The position numbers were made by a program, and so were the translations under genes. From Methanomassiliicoccales archaeon (GTDB lineage: Archaea > Thermoplasmatota > Thermoplasmata > Methanomassiliicoccales > UBA472), in assembly GCA_036677555.1 (NCBI GenBank), contig JAVBWG010000008.1, forward strand, positions 77,673 to 141,672: 64,000 nucleotides of DNA, given 5' to 3'. This document shows, piece by piece, positions 33,350 to 43,287 of the stretch. The first letter of the stretch is position 1. Each line of letters starts with the position of its first letter. Under the pieces are notes generated by a model that saw nothing but the letters and a program-made list of their open reading frames with translations, was not told the DNA's origin and did no database searches.

Positions 33350-35208
33350 TGCATCAGCTTACCTGCGGCATCGAGATCCACCAGCAGCTGGACACCCATA
33401 AGCTCTTCTGTTCCTGCCTTTCCCGCCTGGTCGAGGAGGAGGGCAGATGCTTCCGCCGTCGGCTGCGTCCGACCCAAAGCGAGATGGGAGAGATCGACCG
33501 GGCCGCGCTGGCCCAGGCTGAACGGAGGATGCACTTCGCCTATCAGGCCCCCGAGGGCGTCTCATGCCTGGTGGAGGCGGATGAGGAGCCGCCGCATGAT
33601 GCGGACGAAGAGGCCATGCAGACCTCTCTCATCGTATCTCAGATGCTGAACTGCCAGGTGATGGACGAGGTGCACTTCATGCGCAAGATCGTCATCGACG
33701 GGTCCAACACCAGCGGCTTCCAGCGAACTGCCCTGGTGGCGGTGGACGGCCATCTGGAGGTGAACGGCCGTCGCATCGGGATACTGTCCCTCTGTCTGGA
33801 AGAGGACGCCGCCCGGAAGGTGGAGACCAAAGACCGGGAGGTCACATACCGGCTGGACCGGCTGGGCATACCTCTGATCGAAATAGCCACCGCCCCGGAC
33901 ATGCACGATCCGGAGGAGGTCAGGGAGGTGGCCCAGCGGCTAGGGTCGATCCTGCGGTCCACCCGCAAGGTGAAGCGCGGCCTCGGGACCATCAGGGAGG
34001 ACCTGAACATTTCCATCCCCGACGGCGCCAGGGTGGAGATCAAGGGAGCCCAGGACCTATCCCTCCTTCCGACGTACGTCCGCAACGAGATGGAGCGGCA
34101 GCGCTCCCTCATCGAGATAAGAAGGATACTGAAGGAAAGGGGAGCCGCTCCCGTTCCAGTGGAGGCGAGGGACATATCCGCCCTGCTGAAGGACAGCCGC
34201 TCCAAGGTCATTCATACCGCCCTGTCCAAGGGCGGGAAGGTCTTCTGCTCCGCGCTACCGCTGTTCGTCGGCGTTCTGCGCAGTCCCGACAGCAAACTGA
34301 GATTGGGGGCGGAGATGGCCCAGCACGCCCGCTCCCGCGGGGTGGCCGGCATATTCCATTCCGATGAGCTTCCCGCTTACGGTATAACTGCCGAGGAGGT
34401 AGCTGCCATACGCAGGGAGATGTCACTGCGGAACGAAGACGCCTTCGCACTCTGCGCGGATGCGGCCGATCGGGCGGAACCGGCGCTTCTGGCCGCCGTG
34501 GCCAGGGCCAATCAGGCCTTGATAGGCGTTCCGGAGGAGACGCGTGATCCCCTGCCGGACGGAACCTCCGTGTACAGCCGTCCGTTGCCTGGCGCCGGCC
34601 GAATGTACCCGGAGACCGACGTGAGGCCTATATCCATTGCCAAGGACCGCCTGGAGGCGATACGCCGGAACCTGCCGGAGCTTCCCGAGGAGCGCACCCT
34701 GCGCATCTCCCGGGAGTACGGGGTAAACGAGCAGCAGTCCCGGCAGCTGGTCAAGGAAGGCTATGACGAACTGTTCGAGGACCTCGCCAAGGATCGGGCG
34801 ATGGCGGCGATAGCCGCGCGCACCTTCCTGAGCACCTATCCGGAACTGCAGAAGGAGGGAATGGACCTGGATCTGCTCACGGACGAAATGGTCCGGAAGG
34901 CTTTTTCCGCGCTGTCGTCCGGGCGCTTCGCCAAGGAGGCCCTACCCGCGGTGCTGAAGGAGATGGCCAAAGGATCGGATGTCGAGGGGGCCGTCAGCTC
35001 CCTGGGCCTGGGATCCCTGGACCAGGACGACGCCGCCGGCATAATCGACGCGATAATCAAGGAGCGGGAGGATTTCGTTCGGGAGAGGGGCGAGGCCGCC
35101 GTGGGGCCGCTCATGGGCGTGGCGATGAAGGAGCTGCGCGGAAAGCTGGACGGCAAGAAGGCCGCCGACCTGCTCAAGGAAAGGGTGCAGGCGTTCCTAA
35201 GAGAGTGA
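33346..35208 (+). CDS. gatE: Glu-tRNA(Gln) amidotransferase subunit E
   Basis: GIEIHQQL, MRKIVIDGSNTSGFQRT, LDRLGIPLIEIAT and PGAGRMYPETD. Confidence 0.98.
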   Translation: MMHQLTCGIEIHQQLDTHKLFCSCLSRLVEEEGRCFRRRLRPTQSEMGEIDRAALAQAERRMHFAYQAPEGVSCLVEADEEPPHDADEEAMQTSLIVSQMLNCQVMDEVHFMRKIVIDGSNTSGFQRTALVAVDGHLEVNGRRIGILSLCLEEDAARKVETKDREVTYRLDRLGIPLIEIATAPDMHDPEEVREVAQRLGSILRSTRKVKRGLGTIREDLNISIPDGARVEIKGAQDLSLLPTYVRNEMERQRSLIEIRRILKERGAAPVPVEARDISALLKDSRSKVIHTALSKGGKVFCSALPLFVGVLRSPDSKLRLGAEMAQHARSRGVAGIFHSDELPAYGITAEEVAAIRREMSLRNEDAFALCADAADRAEPALLAAVARANQALIGVPEETRDPLPDGTSVYSRPLPGAGRMYPETDVRPISIAKDRLEAIRRNLPELPEERTLRISREYGVNEQQSRQLVKEGYDELFEDLAKDRAMAAIAARTFLSTYPELQKEGMDLDLLTDEMVRKAFSALSSGRFAKEALPAVLKEMAKGSDVEGAVSSLGLGSLDQDDAAGIIDAIIKEREDFVRERGEAAVGPLMGVAMKELRGKLDGKKAADLLKERVQAFLRE

Positions 35209-35764
35209 GCCTGAGCACCCGCAGCTCCTCAAAGAAGAGGGTACGGCGGGCCAGCGTTTCCGTCTTCCATCCGGCCAACGCTTCCTCCATCGCTCCCGTC
35301 TCCATGTCGTCCGATATGAGCAGCACGATCCTCCCTCCGGGTTGCAGGTGTTCCATGGCCTGGGCCAGGAAGCGCTTGGTGAGCGCCACTCCATCCTCCC
35401 CGCCGGCCCAGCACAGGTCCTCCCGACCCAGGACCTCGCCGCGGAGGTAGGGGGGATTGAAGACGATCAGGTCGAACCTGCCGGCCACGCTATCAAAAAG
35501 GTCGCTCTGGACCGTACGCACCGCAAGACCATTCATCATGGCGCTGTTCCTGGTGGCGGCCACAGCGTTCTCGTCCAGATCCGCCGCGGTGACCGACGCG
35601 CCCGCCTTCGCCATGTGCATGGACAGAATGCCCGAACCGCAGCCCATCTCCAGCGCCCTCTCCCCCTCGCCCACCTCGATGGCCGACAGCAGAAGGAAGG
35701 TGTCCTCGGCGGGAGCGTACACCTCCGGACGCACGTCCAGCTGAACGGTTCGGTCGCGCAGCAC
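35174..35764 (-). CDS. HemK2/PrmC-type protein glutamine methyltransferase
   Basis: VYAPAEDTFLL, LEMGCGSG, FNPPY and WAGGEDG. Confidence 0.9.
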   Translation of the reverse strand: MLRDRTVQLDVRPEVYAPAEDTFLLLSAIEVGEGERALEMGCGSGILSMHMAKAGASVTAADLDENAVAATRNSAMMNGLAVRTVQSDLFDSVAGRFDLIVFNPPYLRGEVLGREDLCWAGGEDGVALTKRFLAQAMEHLQPGGRIVLLISDDMETGAMEEALAGWKTETLARRTLFFEELRVLRLTLLGTPAPFP

Positions 35765-35835
35765 GGACGTTCAGCGGCTCCGGTGGTAATAACCTTTCCC
35801 GAAGGGTTTAAAACGGGAGGGAATATCGGGCAAAG

Positions 35836-36729
35836 GTGGACACCTACAGCCTGATCGGCATCGGCATGATGGCCGCAGCCCTGCTGCTGTCCTATCGCAG
35901 GCGATATCCGCTGGCCCAAATGCTGGTGCTGATAAACCTTGGCATGTTCCTGCTGAGCACCATCGCCGCCTGGGGCTCGCCAAACCTTTCGGAGGTCCAG
36001 ATCGAGCTGGGGTTCCGCCCTTCATACATCGATGAGCCAAGGCAATGGTTCACCGTCCTCACCCACATGTTCGTGCACGCCGACCTCATGCACGTGCTGT
36101 TCAACATGGTCTTCCTGATGCTGATCGGCGTGCCTCTGGAGGAGCGCATCGGGAGGCGCAATTTCGCACTGTGCTTCTTCATCCCGGGATTGCTGGCCCT
36201 GGCGCTGGAGGCCACGGTGCGCATCTCCGACCCCGGGATACTGATACTAGGGGCCTCCGGAGCGGTGGCCGGGACCATGGGCGCTCTGCTCTTCCTCTAC
36301 CCCAAGGACGAGATACCCATGTTCCTCGGCTTCATCTTCCTGCCCCGGGTGCCCGTATGGATATCGGTGGGCGCCTGGTTCGCCGTTCAAGCGGTGTCCG
36401 CCTTCACCCTTCCCTCCGGCATCGCCTCCGGAGGGGTGGCCTACGCGGCGCATATCGGCGGATTCGTGGCCGGGATGGCCGTCGCGTTCCTCCTTCCCGG
36501 AATGAAGGAGACAGATGCCGAGGCCGAGATGGACCTCAAGGACCTGGCGACCAGCGACGAACTCCGGGAGATCATGGCGCGGATCGAGGGGGAGACGGTG
36601 CCGGACGTCAGGCGGGTCTGGCTGGAGCGATTCGTAGAAAGGTCCGCCTGCCCCGTCTGCGGGTCCCGCCCCAGACTGGAGGGAAACCGTATTAAGTGCG
36701 CATGCGGATGGGAGAGGTCGGTAAGATGA
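35836..36729 (+). CDS. Rhomboid family intramembrane serine protease with C-terminal zinc ribbon
   Basis: THMFVHADLMHVLFNM, GASGA, AHIGG; tail CPVC...CACG. Confidence 0.92.
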   Translation: MDTYSLIGIGMMAAALLLSYRRRYPLAQMLVLINLGMFLLSTIAAWGSPNLSEVQIELGFRPSYIDEPRQWFTVLTHMFVHADLMHVLFNMVFLMLIGVPLEERIGRRNFALCFFIPGLLALALEATVRISDPGILILGASGAVAGTMGALLFLYPKDEIPMFLGFIFLPRVPVWISVGAWFAVQAVSAFTLPSGIASGGVAYAAHIGGFVAGMAVAFLLPGMKETDAEAEMDLKDLATSDELREIMARIEGETVPDVRRVWLERFVERSACPVCGSRPRLEGNRIKCACGWERSVR

Positions 36730-37319
36730 GCGAGAACAGGGTGGAGGTGCTCTGCCCGGGGATGATCGTCCGCGACGGGCCGATCGTCCTGGAGGCCCGC
36801 TCCACCGCGACCTTGGTGAGCCGGGGGGAGCGACATCTTCTGGTGGACACCAGCGGACCTCAGAACCGCCAGGTTCTGGCAGATGCTCTGCGGTCCCGCG
36901 AGCTAGGTCCGAAGGACATCGAGGCGGTGGTCCTCACCCACGCGCATGGCGACCATGAAGGGAACCTCGGCATGTTCCCTGATGCGAGGGTCATCGCGCA
37001 TCGGTCGGAAGGCGGCGAGGAGACGCTGGAGAGCGATGTCCTGATATGGGAGGGAGTACGGCTGGTGCACACCCCCGGACACACCCCTGGAAGCATCAGC
37101 GTGCTGGTGGAGGCCGACGAGACGTTCGCGATCGCCGGCGACGCAATGCCGACCGAGGACAACGCAAGGAAATGGGTGCCCCCCGGGCACCATTACGATC
37201 GGCTGAAGGCCATGGAATCCATGGCGATGCTGATAGAGGCGGCCGACGTGGTCGTGCCGGGGCATGGGCCGGCCTTCCGCACGGCCCCATACAAGGAAAA
37301 GGGAAGGCGAGGCGAATGA
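36726..37319 (+). CDS. Metallo-beta-lactamase fold hydrolase
   Basis: LVDT, THAHGDH, TPGHT, AGD and PGHG. Confidence 0.9.
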   Translation: MSENRVEVLCPGMIVRDGPIVLEARSTATLVSRGERHLLVDTSGPQNRQVLADALRSRELGPKDIEAVVLTHAHGDHEGNLGMFPDARVIAHRSEGGEETLESDVLIWEGVRLVHTPGHTPGSISVLVEADETFAIAGDAMPTEDNARKWVPPGHHYDRLKAMESMAMLIEAADVVVPGHGPAFRTAPYKEKGRRGE

Positions 37320-37915
37320 ACGTACCTAACGCTATACACGTGGAATGCCCGGACTGCGGCGAGGAGACCCTGCACGAGGTGCTGAAAGGAAAGCTGGGCA
37401 AGGACGGGGACACCTTGGAGGCCACCGTCCGCTGCCAGGAGTGCGGCCGGGTGCACCCCGCCGTGGTCAGGGAGCCCAAGACCGTGCTGGTTCCGGTCAT
37501 CATCAGCGACCAGGGACAATCCCGCAAGGCGGAGATAGAGGTCCCCGAGGACGAGGAGCTGCGGGTTGAGGACGAGCTTCTTCTGGACGACCTTCCGATA
37601 ATCGTAAGCTCCCTGGAGAAGGGGAACGGCCGGGTGACCAAGGCTCTGGCCAAGGACGTCACGGCCATCTGGGCCAAGCGCTTCGACCAGGTGCATGTGA
37701 AGATATCCATCAACGACGTGCATAAGACCATTCCAGCTGAGATAGTCGTCCTTCCGGAGGAGGAGTTCTTCATCGGGGACCTGATGACCGTCGGGCGTTA
37801 CAACGTGGTCATCACCCAGATCAAGGCCACGGACGGCATGGCCCGCCGCGGTTCAGTACTGGCAAGGGACATTGTGAGGATATACGCCAAGAAGGCGCGC
37901 ACCACCTATTCATGA
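37316..37915 (+). CDS. Archaeal zinc-finger protein (HVO_0476/COG1326-like)
   Basis: From ATG 37316: ECPDCGEETLHEVLKG...VRCQECGRVH...DIVRIYA, directly upstream of pcm. Confidence 0.85.
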   Translation: MNVPNAIHVECPDCGEETLHEVLKGKLGKDGDTLEATVRCQECGRVHPAVVREPKTVLVPVIISDQGQSRKAEIEVPEDEELRVEDELLLDDLPIIVSSLEKGNGRVTKALAKDVTAIWAKRFDQVHVKISINDVHKTIPAEIVVLPEEEFFIGDLMTVGRYNVVITQIKATDGMARRGSVLARDIVRIYAKKARTTYS

Positions 37916-38565
37916 GGACGATGGACGAGAGGAAGCGCATGGTCGCCGGGCTGCGGGGCCGCAGCCTGGTCTTCTCCGAAAAAGTCGAGCGGGCCCTGCT
38001 CAAGGTCCCCCGCCATCTATTCGTTCCCGAGGGGGTGCGCTCCCTGGCGTATCGGGACACCCCGCTGCCCATCGGCGACGGGCAGACCATATCCGCGCCG
38101 CACATGGTGGCGGTGATGGCCGAGGCTCTGGACCTGAGGGAGGGGCACAAGGTGCTGGAGATCGGTGCCGGCTCAGGATACAACGCCGCGGTCATGGCCG
38201 AGCTGGCCGGTCCGACCGGCAGGATCGTCACCTTGGAGAGGCACCCCTCACTGGCGGAAGGGGCGTCCCGGGTGCTTGCGGAGGCTGGGTACGCGAATGT
38301 GCAGGTGGTGGTCGCCGACGGCTCCCGCGGATATCCGGAGGAGTCGCCCTACGACCGCATCAGCGTAACCTGCGGCGCGCCCCGGGTACCCGACGATCTG
38401 GTCGATCAGCTTGCAGACGGTGGCGTCATGCTGATCCCGGTGGGAGGTCTGGAATATCAGTCCCTGCTCAGGGTCAGCAAGCGGGGCGGAAGCGCGCTGA
38501 CCGAAGATCTGGGTTCCGTGGTCTTCGTGCCGCTGATCGGAGAGAAGGGGCATCGGTCACAATAG
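37912..38565 (+). CDS. pcm: Protein-L-isoaspartate O-methyltransferase
   Basis: VPRHLFVP, PLPIGDGQTISAPHMV, LEIGAGSGY and VFVPLIG. Confidence 0.97.
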   Translation: MRTMDERKRMVAGLRGRSLVFSEKVERALLKVPRHLFVPEGVRSLAYRDTPLPIGDGQTISAPHMVAVMAEALDLREGHKVLEIGAGSGYNAAVMAELAGPTGRIVTLERHPSLAEGASRVLAEAGYANVQVVVADGSRGYPEESPYDRISVTCGAPRVPDDLVDQLADGGVMLIPVGGLEYQSLLRVSKRGGSALTEDLGSVVFVPLIGEKGHRSQ

Positions 38566-39213
38566 ATAGGGAAGCACGGCGCTCAGGCTGGCATCCCGGA
38601 CCACGTGATGCGCACCTTTGACCACATCCTCATCTATGGGATTGAAGGCTATGCCCAGCGAGCAGGCCTGGAACATGGACACGTCGATGGAGCTGTTGCC
38701 GATGGCCGCCGTCCTCTCCGGAGGCACCTGAAAAAGCCGCTGCGCCTCATTCAGCGCCTTGCGCTTGTTGCACAGCTCCACCCGCAGCACGCCCTCTCCA
38801 GTGAGCTTTCCGCTCGCGTCCGCCTCCAGTCCGTTGGACCATTGGCCATCGAAGCCGTAGCGCTCAGCGATCTTCCCGGCGATGAGGTCCAGCCCCCCGC
38901 TGATGATGACCGTCCTGACGCCCCTGTCCTTGAGCGCCTGGACCGTGGCTCCGATGCCGGGATTGATGGGGAGCATGGCAAGCTCCCTTTCCACGTCCTC
39001 CAGGCCCAGCCCGGGACGATGCCTCAGCCAAAGGGCGATATCGCGACGCATGAACTCCATGTCGTCGATGACCCCGTCCATGAAGGAGATGACCGACTCC
39101 TCGTTGCTCACCCCGAACCGGTCATGCACCCAAGTCCAGGAGGAGAGGTAGTCGACCAGCACCCCGTCCATGTCGAAGGCCACCAGGTCGAATTTGCGCC
39201 CGTTGCCATTCAT
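38557..39213 (-). CDS. HAD-IB family phosphatase (phosphoserine phosphatase-like)
   Basis: FDMDGVL, IISGG, NK and AIGNSSIDVSM. ATG 39213 preferred. Confidence 0.85.
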   Translation of the reverse strand: MNGNGRKFDLVAFDMDGVLVDYLSSWTWVHDRFGVSNEESVISFMDGVIDDMEFMRRDIALWLRHRPGLGLEDVERELAMLPINPGIGATVQALKDRGVRTVIISGGLDLIAGKIAERYGFDGQWSNGLEADASGKLTGEGVLRVELCNKRKALNEAQRLFQVPPERTAAIGNSSIDVSMFQACSLGIAFNPIDEDVVKGAHHVVRDASLSAVLPYLL

Positions 39214-39266
39214 CGGCCAAAGCCAGGAGGGAATGATTATAAGAAAGTTGCTGCAATGACCAGTGC

Positions 39267-39968
39267 ATGATAGTGCTGGTCGGCGTGGCCCACGTGATCG
39301 ACGTAGCGAAGCCGATAGGCGCCCTGGTGGAGCACTACGCCCCCGGAGCGGTGGGCATCGAGCTGGACCCCGGGCGATACCGGGCACTGCAGGAAGGGGG
39401 GCAGCGCGGCAAGGTCCCATTGCCCTATCGTCTGCTGGCGGTCATGCAGCGGAGGCTGGCCGACCAGTTCGGCGGCGAGGTGGGAGCGGAGATGCTGGCC
39501 GCCGCGAACGCCGCCAAGGCGCGCGGTTCGCAGGTTCTGTTCATAGACATGGAGGCCGGACGCATGTTCGACTCCCTGATCAGGCAGATGCCGCTCAAGG
39601 AGAAGGTGGCCATGGTGCTGTCGTCCTTCGGCGGCCTGTTCATGACCCGCAGGCGGGTGGAGAGGGAGCTGCAGGAGTTCCAGGAGAACGAGGAACGGTA
39701 CATGGAGGCCATGGGGAGCGGCTTTCCCACCGTGAAGCGGGTGCTGATCGACGAACGCAACGAGCACATGGCCCGCAACATACTGAAGGCCGAGGGGCTG
39801 TACGGAAGCGTGCTGGCGGTGATCGGGGACGGTCACGTGGAAGGCATACGGAAGCTGATATCCAGGGAGGACCTGGTGGCCTATCGCCTAAAGGACCTGA
39901 GGGACCTGCGCCTGGAACCCCGGTTCAACAGTTCCGAGGCGTCCTTCACCTTCACCGTCGGCGAATGA
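39267..39968 (+). CDS. TraB/PrgY (pheromone shutdown) family protein
   Basis: LVGVAHV, VGIELDPGR, GAEMLAA, LIDERNEHMA and VIGDGHVEGI. Confidence 0.85.
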   Translation: MIVLVGVAHVIDVAKPIGALVEHYAPGAVGIELDPGRYRALQEGGQRGKVPLPYRLLAVMQRRLADQFGGEVGAEMLAAANAAKARGSQVLFIDMEAGRMFDSLIRQMPLKEKVAMVLSSFGGLFMTRRRVERELQEFQENEERYMEAMGSGFPTVKRVLIDERNEHMARNILKAEGLYGSVLAVIGDGHVEGIRKLISREDLVAYRLKDLRDLRLEPRFNSSEASFTFTVGE

Positions 39969-40005
39969 GGGAAATCCTTTTTCCCCGGATGGCATATCCC
40001 GTCCG

Positions 40006-40680
40006 ATGAAGGTAGTACTTCTCTCGTACACCAGCGACGCCGAGAGGCTCTGCGCCGCGGCCGCCCGCTCCTGCTACTCACCGGACCCAGCGAGCGATAT
40101 CCTGGAAGGCGTCGAGGAGAGCAAGGCCGGTGCCTTCATCGACAAGGTGGTGGGCATGGGGCATCATTCGGTCATAGAGCACGCCTCCTACACGTTCTCC
40201 CTGGAGGGCGTCTCCCGCTCCCTGACCCATCAGCTGGTACGCCACCGCATCGCCAGCTACTCCCAGCAGAGCCAGAGGTACGTCTCCCTGCTGGAGCCTG
40301 ATTACGTGACGCCCGAGACGGTCCGATCGGACCCGGAGGCCAACAGGGTGTTCCAGGAGGCGATGGAGAAGGCGTGGGAGGCCTACCAGACGCTGTCAAC
40401 CGTAGTGCCTGTGGAGGACGCCCGTTATGTGCTGCCCAACGCCTGCGCCACCAACATCGTGGTCACCATGAACGCCAGGGAGCTGTGGCATTTCTTCACG
40501 CTGCGAACGTGCCGCCGGGCCCAGCAGGAGATACGCACCGCCGCCGAGCTGATGCTGAAGGAGGCGAGGAAAGCCTCCCCGACCATCTTCAGGGACGCTG
40601 GACCGTCCTGCCTCAGGGGCAAGTGCCCGGAAGGGAAGCTGAGCTGCGGCAAGCCCCGCACGGAGCTAAGATTTATATAA
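40006..40680 (+). CDS. thyX: FAD-dependent thymidylate synthase
   Basis: GHHSVIEH, THQLVRHRIASYSQQSQRY (ThyX motif), EDARYVLPNA and NARE. Confidence 0.97.
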   Translation: MKVVLLSYTSDAERLCAAAARSCYSPDPASDILEGVEESKAGAFIDKVVGMGHHSVIEHASYTFSLEGVSRSLTHQLVRHRIASYSQQSQRYVSLLEPDYVTPETVRSDPEANRVFQEAMEKAWEAYQTLSTVVPVEDARYVLPNACATNIVVTMNARELWHFFTLRTCRRAQQEIRTAAELMLKEARKASPTIFRDAGPSCLRGKCPEGKLSCGKPRTELRFI

Positions 40681-40718
40681 GTCCAATACTTTGGCCGCAT
40701 TTACCTGGGAAGATTGCT

Positions 40719-40910
40719 ATGGGCAACATCAGACCAACTTACATTAAGAGGGTGGCCGTGGAACTGGTCGAGAAGTACCCCCGCGCTTTCAGCGCCGACT
40801 TCGAGAACAACAAGGTCCTGGTACAGCGGCTCACCAACTGCGAGTCCATCATGATGAGGAACCGCATCGCCGGTTACATCAGCCGCTACTGGCAGAACAA
40901 GGATTTCTGA
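40719..40910 (+). CDS. rps17e: 30S ribosomal protein S17e
   Basis: From ATG 40719: MGNIRPTYIKRVAVELVEKYP...DFENNK...RNRIAGYISR. Confidence 0.95.
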   Translation: MGNIRPTYIKRVAVELVEKYPRAFSADFENNKVLVQRLTNCESIMMRNRIAGYISRYWQNKDF

Positions 40911-40918
40911 AACCCCAG

Positions 40919-40941
40919 GATCGCGCTCATCGGGCGCGATC
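40919..40941 (+). terminator. Hairpin downstream of rps17e
   Basis: GATCGCGC-N7-GCGCGATC perfect 8-bp inverted repeat followed by pyrimidine-rich sequence. Confidence 0.4.
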
Positions 40942-41093
40942 GTCGTCGATTCTTCTCGTTCTCATCGCTCATTCACGGTCCGACAGGGCCTTTTTTCAAC
41001 CTTTGAACGTCTGGCTGCAGCTATCTTCACCCTCATGGACCGCCCGGGCAGTAACAACGCTTTAGTAATTGGAGCATATTGTCCACAAAATAA

Positions 41094-41167
41094 GCCCGGG
41101 TGGGGTAGTTTGGATATCCTAAGAGGCTGCGGACCTCTAGACCCGGATTCGAATTCCGGCCCGGGCG
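41094..41167 (+). tRNA. tRNA-Arg(GCG)
   Basis: GCCCGGG/CCCGGGC acceptor stem, anticodon arm AGAGG CTGCGGA CCTCT, T-arm CCGGA TTCGAAT TCCGG. Confidence 0.95.
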
Positions 41168-41173
41168 CTCTTC

Positions 41174-43090
41174 TCATTCCAATTGCATGCCGACTGTCTC
41201 CTTGATCTCCAGGTCCCCCGGCGGCAGTATCCTGGATATCTCCTCCTCCGGCACCCCGAACGCCCTGGCCAGGGCCGAAGAGGCCTTGCCGCGCGGCATC
41301 TTGCCGGGGGATATGACCGCCTTCTTTTCCGATCGAACGCTCTCCCTCGGGGCGCAGGTTATCTTCCTGGTGCCCTCGACCAGCACCTCGGCCACCACCA
41401 TCTCCAACGGCAGGTGGTGCTCGTAATTGCGCTTTCCGCGGATGATGAACGCCCCCCGGGGGGCGAACTCCCCGGCCTCCGGACGCTTGGACACCTGGTC
41501 CGGGAGCACCCAGTAGGCCGTTCCTTCGGCAGCTCCGGCGTTCCAGGCCTTGGAATGGCAGAGGGCGAACTGGCAAACCTCCCGCATCTCCGCCTCCGTG
41601 GCCTCCGCCCCGTCCTTCACGACTATCGAGGGCGCCCCGTGGAAGTCTGCGTGAGCGTAGCGCTCGCGATCGCCCAGATGCTTCTTCACCACCTGGTCGT
41701 TGGTCTTGGCGTCCCTTCCTCCGAGGACGAGACGCCCGCCGGAGGTGACGAACCATTTGTACGATTCAAACCAGAAGCGCTTGGTCGGCGCCATGCGGTC
41801 CTTGGCCAGCTGCGCCTCCTTGATGCCCTTGGCCTCCCGCTTGGCCATGGCCTTCCTGGTCTCTTCCAGCGCTTCCCGGGCGCCGGCAGCCTTCTCCCTG
41901 AGCTCCTTGGCCGCCGAATACAGCCGGTTGGCGTTCTCGTCTATTCCCACGGTGTAATCCAAGGCGACCTGTTCCTCGCCCAGCTTCATGACGAAGCTCT
42001 TCCTCTGCGGCTCGACCGAGATCACCAGGGGGACCTTCGCCCCCTGCTCCCTGAGCTTCTCCCAGTTTGTGATCTTGGAAAGGCCGTTCATCCTCTCCAG
42101 GGTCAGCGACACCTCGCCGTAGCTGGTGTAGAGAAGGTCTCCCTGGGATTGCTTAATCGCCGCCTCCCGCTCGGTGGCCTCGATGCCCTTCAGCTGCTGC
42201 TCCAGCTGCCGGCGCAGCCTCTCCAGCTCCGCATCCACCTTGACCTCGTCCTCTTTCCTCTTGGCCAGGAAGGCCGAGATGGCCGCAGAGAGGGTGGGCA
42301 GGTCCTCCCGATCGTACACTTCATTGACCTTCAGCGGATACGGGGTGGCGTCCACGGCCTCACCTCCCTCGGATGCCAGGCAGGCGAACTCCCTGTCCCG
42401 AAGGGCCTCGAACAGGCCGAGTGTCGCCGAGCGCAGGGAGGATATCTCCTCGGCGGTCATCCCGGAGGCCTTCCGCCCTTTGTCCAATCCGGTTCGCAGG
42501 CAAACCTCCTCCCCGTACTGGCCGCCTAAGTTCACCGAGGTGGCCAGCGTACGTACGAGATCGGACTTGGAGGTCAGCACGGCCGTCTGGAACTCCCCGG
42601 CCGAGGCGGTCCTGGGGTCGAAACGGGAGGGCGGGTAGGCGTAATCCGCCCCGATGAGAACGTCACGGTGCCTCCAGCGCTTCTGCTCCAGGGCGTTGAT
42701 TATCTTCCCCTCGTTCACCACGATCAGGTTCCCGTCCCCGATGAGCTCGAAGATCACCTGATACGTGCCGTCCCGATCGGCCAGGTCCATGGTGACGATG
42801 CGGTCGAACTCCCTCTGCGAAATGGAGACGATGCGCGCGTTGTAAAGGACCTTGCGCAGATGAACCGCGAAGCCCGAGGGAGTGTCAGGGGTCTCCGGCC
42901 GGTCTGCGACGAGATGCAGCCAGCGGCCGTCCTTCAGCATCAGCTCCTTCTTGCCCTCCCCCTGCACATTGATGCGCAGCAGGACGTTGCGGCCGTCCCA
43001 ATGGAATATCTTGTCCAGGAAGCCGCCGACCAGCCCCTGCAGCTCCGACGTGATCGCCGCCACGTCGAAGGCGGTCATCTCCTTCTTCAT
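41174..43090 (-). CDS. rqcH: Ribosome quality-control factor RqcH/Rqc2 (NFACT/NEMF family)
   Basis: MKKEMTAFDVAA, FAVHLRK, FDRIV, ELIGDGN, WFESYKWF, GGRDAKTND, HADFHGAP and GAFIIRGKRNY. Start is 43090 or 43099. Confidence 0.93.
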   Translation of the reverse strand: MKKEMTAFDVAAITSELQGLVGGFLDKIFHWDGRNVLLRINVQGEGKKELMLKDGRWLHLVADRPETPDTPSGFAVHLRKVLYNARIVSISQREFDRIVTMDLADRDGTYQVIFELIGDGNLIVVNEGKIINALEQKRWRHRDVLIGADYAYPPSRFDPRTASAGEFQTAVLTSKSDLVRTLATSVNLGGQYGEEVCLRTGLDKGRKASGMTAEEISSLRSATLGLFEALRDREFACLASEGGEAVDATPYPLKVNEVYDREDLPTLSAAISAFLAKRKEDEVKVDAELERLRRQLEQQLKGIEATEREAAIKQSQGDLLYTSYGEVSLTLERMNGLSKITNWEKLREQGAKVPLVISVEPQRKSFVMKLGEEQVALDYTVGIDENANRLYSAAKELREKAAGAREALEETRKAMAKREAKGIKEAQLAKDRMAPTKRFWFESYKWFVTSGGRLVLGGRDAKTNDQVVKKHLGDRERYAHADFHGAPSIVVKDGAEATEAEMREVCQFALCHSKAWNAGAAEGTAYWVLPDQVSKRPEAGEFAPRGAFIIRGKRNYEHHLPLEMVVAEVLVEGTRKITCAPRESVRSEKKAVISPGKMPRGKASSALARAFGVPEEEISRILPPGDLEIKETVGMQLE

Positions 43091-43182
43091 CGCCACCATT
43101 AGCGCCCAGGCAATGAAAAGCGTTTTGCCTCGGACCAGTAGCAAAAGGTTTATGAACGACCACCGGTTTGTCGGTGGGGCAG

Positions 43183-43257
43183 GCCACTGTGGCTTAGAGG
43201 TATAGCGACGCCTTGGTAAGGCGTAGGTCGAGGGTTCAATTCCCTCCAGTGGCTCCA
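43183..43257 (+). tRNA. tRNA-Thr(GGU), CCA encoded
   Basis: GCCACTG/CAGTGGC acceptor, ACGCC TTGGTAA GGCGT anticodon arm, GAGGG TTCAATT CCCTC T-arm, ending TCCA. AAAAGGTTTATGAA promoter at about 43143-43156. Confidence 0.95.
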
Positions 43258-43287
43258 CATCCTTCTCAACAAAATAAATAACCCAGC

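Noticed and set aside
43100-43258. N-terminal extension MEPLEGIEPSTYALP... on the RqcH ORF
   Set aside because: It is the antisense reading of tRNA-Thr; the real start is at 43090 or 43099.
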